Shown here piece after piece: positions 36,992 to 44,490 of a DNA stretch of 46,555 nucleotides. Source of the DNA: a virus (lineage: Duplodnaviria > Caudoviricetes). How positions within the stretch are numbered: the first letter of the stretch is position 1; each line of letters begins with the position of its first letter. Under the pieces are notes generated by a model, which worked only from the letters and a program-made list of their open reading frames with translations, was not told the DNA's origin and did no database searches. The translations under genes and the position numbers were made by a program. Location of the stretch: positions 1-46,555 of the IMG/VR virus record IMGVR_UViG_3300022173_000069. One strand, written 5' to 3'.

Positions 36992-37405
36992 ATGGCCGAT
37001 GATCCCCACGGCCAGTATCGGGAGATCATAGCCCGCCTTGAGGGCCAGGACCGGCGACTGGACGAAATCCGCGAGGACGCCCGCGAGGGCCGGGACGCCG
37101 CTGTCCGGATGGCCGAGCGGTACAATGCGGAGGGCGTTCCGACGAAGCTCGCCGAGTTGCGCGGGCAGATGGAGCAAGGCTTTCAAGCCGCTAGGACCGA
37201 CCTGGTGAACTCCATGGACAAGGCCACGCGTGAGAACCGCGAGACGCAGCACGCCATCCATCGCCGCCTGGACGACCTGGAGCGGTTCAAGAGCCGCATC
37301 GAGGGCGCCGGCGGCGTGTTCGGCTGGCTGGCCAAGAACGCCCCCTGGCTGCTGACGGTTGTCTTCGCCATCGCTGCGGCGGTCGGCCTGAAGGACGACA
37401 TCTGA
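36992..37405 (+). CDS. Coiled-coil protein with C-terminal TM (lysis-associated)
   Basis: Coiled coil followed by WLLTVVFAIAAAVGL; TGATG-coupled to the endolysin gene. Confidence 0.6.
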   Translation: MADDPHGQYREIIARLEGQDRRLDEIREDAREGRDAAVRMAERYNAEGVPTKLAELRGQMEQGFQAARTDLVNSMDKATRENRETQHAIHRRLDDLERFKSRIEGAGGVFGWLAKNAPWLLTVVFAIAAAVGLKDDI

Positions 37406-38274
37406 TGGCTGCCTCGAATTTCCAGGCCGCCCTAAAGCATGTGCTCAAGCACGAGGGCGGCTACGTCAACCACAAGGACGACCCGGGCGGAGAAACCAAC
37501 TTCGGAATCACCATCGCGGTGTACCGGGGTTTTCGGGAGCGGAAGGGCCTGGCGGCGCGATCCGTGAAGGCTATCAGCCAAGCCGAGGTCGCTGAGATCT
37601 ACCGAAACCAGTACTGGCATACGATCCACGCCGACGATCTGCCGGATGGGGTCGACTACTGCCTCTTCGACTATGCCGTGAACTCAGGTCCCGGACGCGC
37701 CGCCAAGGACGTCCAGCGGGCTTTGGGCGTGAAGGTTGACGGCGTGATCGGAATGAACACGCTGACAGCCACAAAGGCCGCCGACGACGCCAAGCTGATC
37801 AACGACGTCTGCGACCGGCGGATGCGGTTCCTGAAGTCGCTGCGGACCTGGAAGACCTTCGGCAAGGGCTGGACGAGACGGGTCGAGGGCGTGCGCGCTG
37901 CGGCCCTGGCAATGGTCGAGGGCGCTTCGGACGTGGTTCTCACCAAAGCGCCCCTGCCGGCCCCTCCAGGCCCCGCAGCGGTCGCAGCAATGGCGGTGAA
38001 GGCTCCCGAGGCCCAGCAAGCCCAGCTCAAGACCGCCGAGGGGGCCGGGCTCTCCATCACGGCCTGCGGTGTGGGCGGCGAGAAGGTCCGTCAGTTCGCC
38101 GAGAGCGTCCAACCTCACATGGGGATGGAGAGCATGCTGGGCCGCTTGGCCTTCGCGGCTTTCACGATCCTGATGCTCCTGGGGGGCGCGCTCGTGGCTT
38201 GGTCCTACATCGGCCGGATCAAGGAAAAAGGCGGCCTCGGGGGCTACATCGGCAGCGTTTTTAAGGGCTCCTGA
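37405..38274 (+). CDS. Endolysin, glycoside hydrolase family 108, with C-terminal hydrophobic tail
   Basis: HEGGYVNHKDDPGGETNFGIT, FDYAVNSG, FGKGWTRRV. Confidence 0.93.
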   Translation: MAASNFQAALKHVLKHEGGYVNHKDDPGGETNFGITIAVYRGFRERKGLAARSVKAISQAEVAEIYRNQYWHTIHADDLPDGVDYCLFDYAVNSGPGRAAKDVQRALGVKVDGVIGMNTLTATKAADDAKLINDVCDRRMRFLKSLRTWKTFGKGWTRRVEGVRAAALAMVEGASDVVLTKAPLPAPPGPAAVAAMAVKAPEAQQAQLKTAEGAGLSITACGVGGEKVRQFAESVQPHMGMESMLGRLAFAAFTILMLLGGALVAWSYIGRIKEKGGLGGYIGSVFKGS

Positions 38275-38275
38275 C

Positions 38276-38692
38276 ATGCCAAAACTCCTCATCCAGATCA
38301 TCGCCGGCCTCGTGGGGCTTCTGATCCTCGTCGGGGTCATCATGTGGGTCGTTGGCCTCGGTCCCTTCGCCTCGCCCACCAAGGCCATCGTGAAAGAGCA
38401 GCGCAAGGATGCCGCCGCTTCCCAGAAGATCGAAACCAAGGCCGCAGCCGCCGTCGAGAAGGACGTAGAGGCCGCCGTCGCTGTCCAGGACCAAGCCAAA
38501 GCACAGGTGGAATATGTCACGCGAACCGTTCGTCTTTCCCCGACCGCCTCAACGCCGATTCCGCCTGATCGCCTTGACCGGCTGCGCAATGCTGACCGTG
38601 AGCTGTGCAAGCTGGGGGTCGGGTGCGGCTCGGCGGGAAGTGGCGCTCAACCAAGCCGACCCGCCGCAAAGGCAGATGCCGGCGTCGGCTAA
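38276..38692 (+). CDS. i-spanin (Rz-like)
   Basis: N-terminal TM plus coiled coil, after the endolysin gene. Confidence 0.7.
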   Translation: MPKLLIQIIAGLVGLLILVGVIMWVVGLGPFASPTKAIVKEQRKDAAASQKIETKAAAAVEKDVEAAVAVQDQAKAQVEYVTRTVRLSPTASTPIPPDRLDRLRNADRELCKLGVGCGSAGSGAQPSRPAAKADAGVG

Positions 38693-38915
38693 GGCGCCCT
38701 GTCCGCTCTACACCCTGCCGGCGACCGGAACCGTTGTCTCGGCCGACCTGGACAGCGCCTACACGATCCGTGGCGCCCAAGTGGTGAGCTGCAACGCCGA
38801 GCGTCAGATCGCCGTGGCTGTCCACGAGGGCGAGCACGCCGACGAAGCCGAGTGGCGTGAGGCCAGGGTCAAGAGGAACTGCCCCTGGTGGCGCTTCGGT
38901 ACCTGCCAACCCTAA
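38514..38915 (+). CDS. o-spanin (Rz1-like lipoprotein), overlapping the i-spanin gene
   Basis: Lipobox-like LTGC or TVSC; overlapping reading frame; start uncertain. Confidence 0.6.
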   Translation: MSREPFVFPRPPQRRFRLIALTGCAMLTVSCASWGSGAARREVALNQADPPQRQMPASAKAPCPLYTLPATGTVVSADLDSAYTIRGAQVVSCNAERQIAVAVHEGEHADEAEWREARVKRNCPWWRFGTCQP

Positions 38916-38930
38916 CCAAGGAGGCCCATC

Positions 38931-39122
38931 ATGGACCTGATCTCGCTTCTCATAGTGCTTGTTGTCGTCGGTCTCGTCTGGTGGCTGGTGACGACCTACA
39001 TCCCAATGCCGCCGGCCATTCGGACTGTGATCACCGTGATTGCGGTGCTGGTGCTCTGCATCTGGCTGCTCCAGTGGGCCGGGATCGGCAACTTCCACAT
39101 CGGCTCGCCGCGGTCTGGCTGA
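38931..39122 (+). CDS. Two-TM small membrane protein (holin candidate)
   Basis: LISLLIVLVVVGLVWWLV..IPMPP..VIAVLVLCIWLL; AAGGAGG RBS. Confidence 0.75.
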   Translation: MDLISLLIVLVVVGLVWWLVTTYIPMPPAIRTVITVIAVLVLCIWLLQWAGIGNFHIGSPRSG

Positions 39123-39128
39123 GTGGAG

Positions 39129-39356
39129 CTATTCCTGATCGTGACGGGCCTGCTCTTCGGAGCGGCCTTTCTCGTGGTCGGTAGCGTCTGGGCCATCATG
39201 CGCCGCGGTCGCTGAGAGACTATCCACGTCCCTCTTCGCCAGTTCCAAGATCCTCCGCACGAACTCTGGATGTTCTGCCATCCATGCGTCTACTGCTAGT
39301 TCTTCTTCTGGGGTTAGAGGGCGGAGGGCGTCGGGGTCGTTAGGCGCATCGGGCAT
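39129..39356 (-). CDS. Hypothetical protein
   Basis: 75-aa ORF convergent with the lysis genes. Confidence 0.4.
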   Translation of the reverse strand: MPDAPNDPDALRPLTPEEELAVDAWMAEHPEFVRRILELAKRDVDSLSATAAHDGPDATDHEKGRSEEQARHDQE

Positions 39357-39411
39357 TGAAAGGTCCAGGATTTAGGGTTCAGCACGCGCTTACCTATCGT
39401 GGGCTAGCCCA

Positions 39412-39630
39412 TCACCTAGGGCGGCGAAGCTCCCACCTCACGGTGAGCACCACTAGGACCATCATCGGCAGGACGGAAGCGCCCATCCCGCCGCCCACCA
39501 TGCTCAACCAGGCGGTGGCGAATGGCTGCCACGATGCGGGCGCGGTGCTTCCGTAGGTTCCGCCTAGCGCGCCCCCAAGGCCAGCGCCGGCGACGGTGAG
39601 AAACCAGAACGGCTTCATGTGCTCGCTCAT
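39412..39630 (-). CDS. Small membrane protein
   Basis: MSEHMKPFWFLTVAGAG...; two hydrophobic segments. Confidence 0.55.
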   Translation of the reverse strand: MSEHMKPFWFLTVAGAGLGGALGGTYGSTAPASWQPFATAWLSMVGGGMGASVLPMMVLVVLTVRWELRRPR

Positions 39631-39635
39631 TTCAC

Positions 39636-39821
39636 TCAGTCCTTGGTGATGCCGCTTCTTGGAGCGAAGGCGAGAAGCCAGCCAATGACGGCGGTGGCCG
39701 CGAGGAACATGCAGGCCAAGACCACGAGTCCGAAGGGCGGCGGAACGGTTGCCGCAAGCGCGAATAAGCACAGGACGCCACCAAGCAGCCCACACCCCAC
39801 ACCCGCGATGCTTCGGATCAT
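39636..39821 (-). CDS. Two-TM membrane protein
   Basis: 61-aa hydrophobic ORF with TGATG coupling. Confidence 0.6.
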   Translation of the reverse strand: MIRSIAGVGCGLLGGVLCLFALAATVPPPFGLVVLACMFLAATAVIGWLLAFAPRSGITKD

Positions 39822-40141
39822 CAGCCTTCCCCCTTAGTGTTGGGGAGGGTGAGGGCGAGGGTGCCGATGGCGCCTTCTAGCGTCTCGCCGAAAACCTTCG
39901 CCACTTCATCCATGACGCGTTCGTTGATCTCGCGAGCCTCCAGCATCGTCACATCTTCTCGGCCCTCAAAGGCCGCCCTGCGCCGCTCGGCGACCAGAGG
40001 GTGGAAGGCGTCAGGCATCGCCCGCACGCTGAACCCTGCTCGCGTCGCTGTGATCGAGATTTCCTGAAGGGATCGAGAGGTGATGAGCCTGCGGATCGCT
40101 GCGTCCAAGGACTTTTGGCTGCGACCTGGATGGTTGACCAT
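39821..40141 (-). CDS. Hypothetical protein
   Basis: MVNHPGRS start with AGGAG RBS. Confidence 0.6.
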   Translation of the reverse strand: MVNHPGRSQKSLDAAIRRLITSRSLQEISITATRAGFSVRAMPDAFHPLVAERRRAAFEGREDVTMLEAREINERVMDEVAKVFGETLEGAIGTLALTLPNTKGEG

Positions 40142-40221
40142 GTGTTTCTCCTGCCCCTGAAATCGCGAGGCGCCGATGAAGAAAGCATACACCCGGATCG
40201 CTGTTCGGCGAAGCTTTTTCG

Positions 40222-40370
40222 TTGATTCCGCTGGGGTTTTTGCTATGGTGACGGGGCGTCAGGTGGGTAGCCGGATCGCGGTGCTGCGGCGGAGTTTAGC
40301 GCCTTTCCTGGTCCGCCGGGAGCTGATGCCTAATCGTGAGGCGGCATGATCCGCCGCAGCATCTACCCCC
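40222..40370 (+). ncRNA. Promoter plus candidate structured RNA or leader
   Basis: TTGATT-N16-TATGGT; perfect 12-bp stem 40282-40293/40350-40361; further helices 40265-40270/40363-40368 and 40255-40262/40323-40330. Confidence 0.4.
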
Positions 40371-40504
40371 GCCAACCCCAGGAGCCTGCCATGAGCACCG
40401 AGACCCTCTAACCCGCCAAGCCTACTCCCCGGAGAAGGCCCTCCAGATCGCCCCGACGATCATCAAGGCCCCAAACCAACCCCAGAACCTAGCCGACCGA
40501 TACA

Positions 40505-40768
40505 TCAAAGCACCGGCCTAAACGGTGTTCCCCTACTCGGAGACGCCAGGAACAGAACCTCTCCGCCACAAGCCCGGCAGGAATGGTTCACGTCCCTAAG
40601 ATTCGCTCCTTCCCCGTAAAGCCCTATGAGTTCGTCAGCCGGGATGTCGTACCAGTCCTTGCAGGCTGGAACCTGGCAGGAGGCTCGGATGATCGTTTCG
40701 TGCTTCTTCATCCCCCGGAGTGTCGAGATCCACTCCATGGGGCCTAAGGGGGTTCTGTTGTCTCCCAT
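40505..40768 (-). CDS. Small Cys-rich (Zn-ribbon-like) protein under predicted LexA control
   Basis: CQVPAC...CRACGG; SOS box directly upstream. Confidence 0.65.
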   Translation of the reverse strand: MGDNRTPLGPMEWISTLRGMKKHETIIRASCQVPACKDWYDIPADELIGLYGEGANLRDVNHSCRACGGEVLFLASPSRGTPFRPVL

Positions 40769-40778
40769 GGAGGAGAGA

Positions 40779-40804
40779 GAACAGATTGAGAACGAAGGAG
40801 TCAA
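40779..40804 (-). promoter_or_regulatory. Alphaproteobacterial LexA box within a promoter
   Basis: Minus strand TTGACT then GTTC-TCAATCT-GTTC (40779-40793), an exact GTTC-N7-GTTC. Confidence 0.75.
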
Positions 40805-40844
40805 TTGGGTTCAGCATGTACCGACCTTTCGTCGGACTAGCCGA

Positions 40845-41207
40845 TCACAGAAGCCCCGCCTCAATGGCCGCCTCGCGCCCGGCGTAGGAGTTGGCCTCGA
40901 CCTCTGGCGGGCCATCCTCGGGAAGTGCTATCTCAACCCAGGTCAGGTACTCGTCGCGAGCATAGCAGCCGCGCAGCCAGTCGATGAAGGCCGCCCGCGC
41001 CAAGTCTCCCCTATCACTGTCTGCCCAGCCCTCTTTAGAGCCGTCCAGGCCGACCATGAACGTGAACCAGTCGTTGATCTCCGCAGAGAGGATTTCAGAG
41101 ACCGGAGCGACGCCGTTGAACAACTTCCCTGCTTCTGCCCTGGCGGCAAGAACGGCGCCCTGCTGAAAGCCCAGAACGATGATTTGGTGGTGGCGGTTAT
41201 AGCCCAT
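40845..41207 (-). CDS. Conserved phage hypothetical protein
   Basis: MGYNRHHQIIV..DGSKEGWADSDRGD..R; AGGAG RBS. Confidence 0.7.
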   Translation of the reverse strand: MGYNRHHQIIVLGFQQGAVLAARAEAGKLFNGVAPVSEILSAEINDWFTFMVGLDGSKEGWADSDRGDLARAAFIDWLRGCYARDEYLTWVEIALPEDGPPEVEANSYAGREAAIEAGLL

Positions 41208-41222
41208 TTCACGCGCTCCTAT

Positions 41223-41266
41223 GTGATGGCGATACTTGGTCGCCACGATGGGTGGGTTCCGGGACA
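41223..41266 (-). repeat. Junction repeat type A (copy A5)
   Basis: Sense strand TCCCGGAACCCACCCATCG plus TGGCGA-CCAAGTA-TCGCCA hairpin, then TCAC. Confidence 0.85.
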
Positions 41267-41296
41267 GACACTCATCCTACCCTCTCCCCGTAAGCC

Positions 41297-41521
41297 TTAG
41301 AGCCGAGAGCCGCCGTCTTCAGCGACCATTCGCTCGAAAATGTCGTAGAGCGGCTTGAGATCGCACGCCCCCAGGCCTGTCATCTTCGGGTCCTTTGGGT
41401 CGTACATCAGGCCGACAAAGCCCATGTCGGCCCCGCTGCGCTCCATCGACCAGTAGGCGTCGGCGAAGGGGCGCAGTGCGTCCTTCAGAACCTGACGTTC
41501 AGTCTTCGCTTCGTCACTCAA
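41297..41521 (-). CDS. Hypothetical protein
   Basis: LKDALRPFA motif, also seen in 44841..45344. Confidence 0.6.
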   Translation of the reverse strand: MSDEAKTERQVLKDALRPFADAYWSMERSGADMGFVGLMYDPKDPKMTGLGACDLKPLYDIFERMVAEDGGSRL

Positions 41522-41711
41522 CGGGCAGGTCCGGATTCACGATCTGTGGTGTCCACCCACGAATGGCTGGGATTGTCTCCGCGACGCGGCCCTGCAGCGT
41601 GGCGTTCCCCATGGCCTCTGCCTTCTCGATGGCTTCGCACTCATCATCGGCGCTCACCGTCATGCAATATGTGTGGCCACGGAAGGGGTACTCAAAGAGG
41701 TATTCGCTCAT
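41514..41711 (-). CDS. Hypothetical protein
   Basis: MSEYLFEYPFRG..A.D..EA; 65 aa. Confidence 0.6.
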   Translation of the reverse strand: MSEYLFEYPFRGHTYCMTVSADDECEAIEKAEAMGNATLQGRVAETIPAIRGWTPQIVNPDLPVE

Positions 41712-41825
41712 TTCACGCCTCGCTCGATGTTGGCGGGGGCAGGGTCCCGCGCCACGATGGTGGGCTCCGGGACGCCTTCAATCTCTTCCATTTCCATCCT
41801 CCTTCTAGACCTCGAGGCGACCTCG

Positions 41826-42028
41826 GCATTTTACAAACTCGCCTGGCGACTGGCGAAAACATTGGGCTTTTCGGGAGGCGCTTTACAGGCGGTTCGTTGA
41901 TTCAACTGGGGAACGGTCGGTTTACAAAACCGCTGCTCTACCAGCTGAGCTAATCCGGCCCCCTTATCCTGTAAGGCTTTGCGAGATTGACACGCGTCAC
42001 GCTTTACAGGGACCGGGAGCATTTTACA
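41826..42028. other. attP region with candidate integrase arm sites
   Basis: GCATTTTACA at 41826 and 42019; CGCTTTACAGG at 41879 and 42000; inverted CCTGTAAGGC at 41968; all surround a tRNA fragment next to the 3' end of int. Confidence 0.8.
41918..41959 (-). pseudogene. 5' half of tRNA-Thr(UGU), the att core
   Basis: GCCGGAT-TA-GCTC-AGCTGGTA-GAGC-A-GCGGT-TTTGTAA-ACCG; no T-arm or 3' acceptor strand follows. Confidence 0.88.
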
Positions 42029-43124
42029 GACGCGCCCCCGATTTGTTCTGTCTTAGCCGCTCGAGCATCCCGGCCGCAACCGCTTCCGAGGTGACGTAGC
42101 GACGGGCGATCCCCTCGACCTTGGCCGGCGCCCAGCCCATGACGCCTGCTACGTCGTTGAGCGGCAGTCCCGCCCGGACAAAGTGTGTCGCCGCCGTGCC
42201 GCGCAGATCGTGGAAGCGCAGGCCCTTGATGCCTCGAGCGACCTTCGCCCTCTGCATGGCGGTCTGAAGCCCCCAGCCGGTCCAGGGCTTGCCTCGAGAG
42301 TGCGTCAGCACCGCGCCCACATCCTTGCGCCCGATCTGCTTCAGCACGGCCTCGAGCTTCGGCGTGATAGGGATGACCACGACGCGCTTGCCCTTGCTCT
42401 TGCCGGTCGCGAGCGTGATGGCCTGGTCGCCCACGTCGGCCCAGGTGAGCCGCACCAAATCCCCCAGCCTTAGCCCCGTGAAGATCGCAACCAGCACCGC
42501 CCGGCGGAAGTCGGCGTCCGTGCCCCTGAGAAGCTTGATCAGGTCGGGCTTCGTCCAGATCACGTCCGCCCGATCCACGCTGTAGATCCGCGGCCAGTTC
42601 TGGAGCGGGTGGGCCGTCAGGTCGCCGCGCTTGTGCGCCCAGCCGATCACCTGCGCGACGGCCCCCAGGTAGCCGTCAGCGGTCTTGGGCGTGGCCTTGT
42701 ACTCGTCGCGCCAGGCCAGGAACTCTCTCCGGATGCCATCCCCGCCAAGCGCCTTGATTTCCAGCTCGGCGAAGGCCTCTCGAGCGACGTCCAGGGCTTT
42801 GCGGAGGTCGCGCTTCGACCGGTCGCCCAGCTTGGCGTACTCGGCGCTCTCGAGGTATTGCGCGATCAGGGTGGGGAAGAAGTCTCGAGACGCCTCGGGC
42901 TTCATCGCGGCTTGGTAGGCGGCGGCTGCGGCCGGGGTCTGGCGCGCGACCTCGAGTGCAAGGGAGGCCTCGTTGGGCGCCGTGGCCTTGAGGATGCGCG
43001 GCCCGCCCCGGAAGGCGTACCAGTATTCGCCCACTCGCCCGGCGGCGAGCTTTACCCGGACCCTATGAGCGCCGGGGAGCACGGTTCTTAGCCTGACGGA
43101 ATCTCGCGAGTGCGGCGTCTGCAT
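42024..43124 (-). CDS. int: Tyrosine recombinase/integrase
   Basis: FTGLRLGD (R), KSKG (K), FHDLRG (H-x-x-R), MGW (W), RRYV (Y). Confidence 0.95.
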   Translation of the reverse strand: MQTPHSRDSVRLRTVLPGAHRVRVKLAAGRVGEYWYAFRGGPRILKATAPNEASLALEVARQTPAAAAAYQAAMKPEASRDFFPTLIAQYLESAEYAKLGDRSKRDLRKALDVAREAFAELEIKALGGDGIRREFLAWRDEYKATPKTADGYLGAVAQVIGWAHKRGDLTAHPLQNWPRIYSVDRADVIWTKPDLIKLLRGTDADFRRAVLVAIFTGLRLGDLVRLTWADVGDQAITLATGKSKGKRVVVIPITPKLEAVLKQIGRKDVGAVLTHSRGKPWTGWGLQTAMQRAKVARGIKGLRFHDLRGTAATHFVRAGLPLNDVAGVMGWAPAKVEGIARRYVTSEAVAAGMLERLRQNKSGARL

Positions 43125-43317
43125 CTGATAGGTTCTGGTTGGCCGGCAACTGAGTGGTCACCCCGCGCTGCGCGTCAAGCCATGCGTCGAGAGCCACACG
43201 ATCCCAGCGGACCCGCCCGTCAATCATCACCCGGCCAGACGCAAGGCGCTTCACAGCGGCCAGGGGCAGGCTCAGGTAGGCCGCGGCGGCGGCTTGATCG
43301 AGCAGGCGAGGGGACAT
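43063..43317 (-). CDS. Excisionase-like HTH protein
   Basis: PRLLDQAAAAAYLSL..RVRWDRVALDAWLD; directly upstream of int. Confidence 0.75.
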   Translation of the reverse strand: MSPRLLDQAAAAAYLSLPLAAVKRLASGRVMIDGRVRWDRVALDAWLDAQRGVTTQLPANQNLSDADAALARFRQAKNRAPRRS

Positions 43318-43754
43318 CAGGTCTCGCGCCCTCCAGATGGCAGGGTTTCTCGGGTGTCTTCTTCAGACACGATTGGCTGGCTCTGGGATGAACTCTTCTC
43401 ACTCCCTCTAGATGGAATAGGGGAGGGAGGGGGTTCATCTTGAGGTCTGTCCCCATCGTCTTTCGGGGCTCGCGGTTGCGACGCCAAGCCAGGGCCGAGT
43501 GGCGAGCGGTTTTCCGTCCAAGGGACGAAGTAGCCCCAGTCAGGGGTCCCAGCGTCTGGCTGTGGGGGGTCGGGAAGTGGGTGCCAGTGCGTGAAGGGGA
43601 AGCCCTTTGCGGTGGACGCGACGCCGCGCCCTCCGTCCTCATGGGCGTCATAAGCATAGACAGCGCCCATAGTGTCCGTTCGCGCGCCCAGCTCTGGGCA
43701 CCAGACATGCCCCAATGTGTCCAGCGGCGCCTGCTTGATGGTTACCCAGCTCAT
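43317..43754 (-). CDS. Hypothetical protein (DUF551-like THWxPLPxPP) with repeat-encoded tail
   Basis: FTHWHPLPDPP; the last ~55 aa read through repeats C4 and A6. Confidence 0.6.
   Translation of the reverse strand: MSWVTIKQAPLDTLGHVWCPELGARTDTMGAVYAYDAHEDGGRGVASTAKGFPFTHWHPLPDPPQPDAGTPDWGYFVPWTENRSPLGPGLASQPRAPKDDGDRPQDEPPPSPIPSRGSEKSSSQSQPIVSEEDTRETLPSGGRET
43343..43478 (-). repeat. Adjacent repeats C4 and A6 forming a palindromic junction
   Basis: GATGAAC (43387-43393) ... GTTCATC (43433-43439) with pyrimidine and purine arms; GTGTCT-GAAGA-AGACAC hairpin. Confidence 0.8.
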
Positions 43755-44407
43755 GCGGCGATCCTTTGCGCTTGTAGGTGAGCGAGGATCTGCAGCCCGA
43801 TCAGTCGCGTGTATGCTGGCGGGATGGCCTCGCAGAGCTCGTCGCCGGTCATCCAGTCGATGCCCATGGCCTCAGGTCCGACGTAGGTCCCCACGTCCCC
43901 GGTGATGCTGACGTGCCAGCCCTCCGCCCATCGGGCCTTGCGCTGCTTCGTGGCCGTGGGCCTGCTGTGGGGTGGATGGTCTGGGGCGACCAGTCCAATG
44001 TTGTTCTCGAAGCGCCGGTGCCGGATGGTTCTGAGGCCGAACATCTCGCCGCAGAGCACGATGGAGCGCTCCTTGATGAGCGGCGCCGGCATGACGTTCT
44101 CGATGACGTAGGGAAGCCCGGACGCCTCACAGAGCGCGCGAGCCTCGGGGATGAAGTCGAGGTGCTCGATGTGCGGATGGCGGGCCGCGAGCGCCGAGTG
44201 CTTTTGGCAAGGCGGACTGATGTGGATGGCGTCTGCGATGGCCCTAACGAATGCCGGTGTCAGGCTGCGCAGGTCGGCTTGGAGAAACGGAAACGGGTAG
44301 TTTGGCTGCGGTTCCCAATCGACGCCGAACACGTCGAATCCAGCTTGCGCATACCCCGCGGCCGCGCCGCCTGCCTTGCAGCAGATGTCGATGAGGCGAG
44401 GGCGCAT
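43751..44407 (-). CDS. Short DNA cytosine-C5 methyltransferase-like protein
   Basis: IDICCKAGG (motif I variant), SPPCQ (IV), VIENV (VI), RHRRFE (VIII), EAIPPAYT (X). Confidence 0.85.
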   Translation of the reverse strand: MRPRLIDICCKAGGAAAGYAQAGFDVFGVDWEPQPNYPFPFLQADLRSLTPAFVRAIADAIHISPPCQKHSALAARHPHIEHLDFIPEARALCEASGLPYVIENVMPAPLIKERSIVLCGEMFGLRTIRHRRFENNIGLVAPDHPPHSRPTATKQRKARWAEGWHVSITGDVGTYVGPEAMGIDWMTGDELCEAIPPAYTRLIGLQILAHLQAQRIAA

Positions 44408-44429
44408 CAGCCTTCTCCATCGGAGTGTT

Positions 44430-44490
44430 GATTATCGAGACCAGCGTGGACCGAAGGTCCCGCGCCGCAGGGCTGGCTCTGGGAGGAATT
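44430..44490 (-). repeat. Junction repeat type A (copy A7)
   Basis: Sense strand TTCCTCCCAGAGCCAGCC plus a GGACC-TTC-GGTCC hairpin; tail TCAACACT..ATGGA shared with A2. Confidence 0.75.

Noticed and set aside
41880-41959. Complete tRNA gene
   Set aside because: The sequence after the anticodon arm forms no T-stem or acceptor 3' strand, so it is treated as the att core.
42024-43478. Canonical integron (IntI plus attC)
   Set aside because: The integrase sits in an xis-int-attP context with no evident IntI-specific insertion, and the repeats do not fit RYYYAAC/GTTRRRY.
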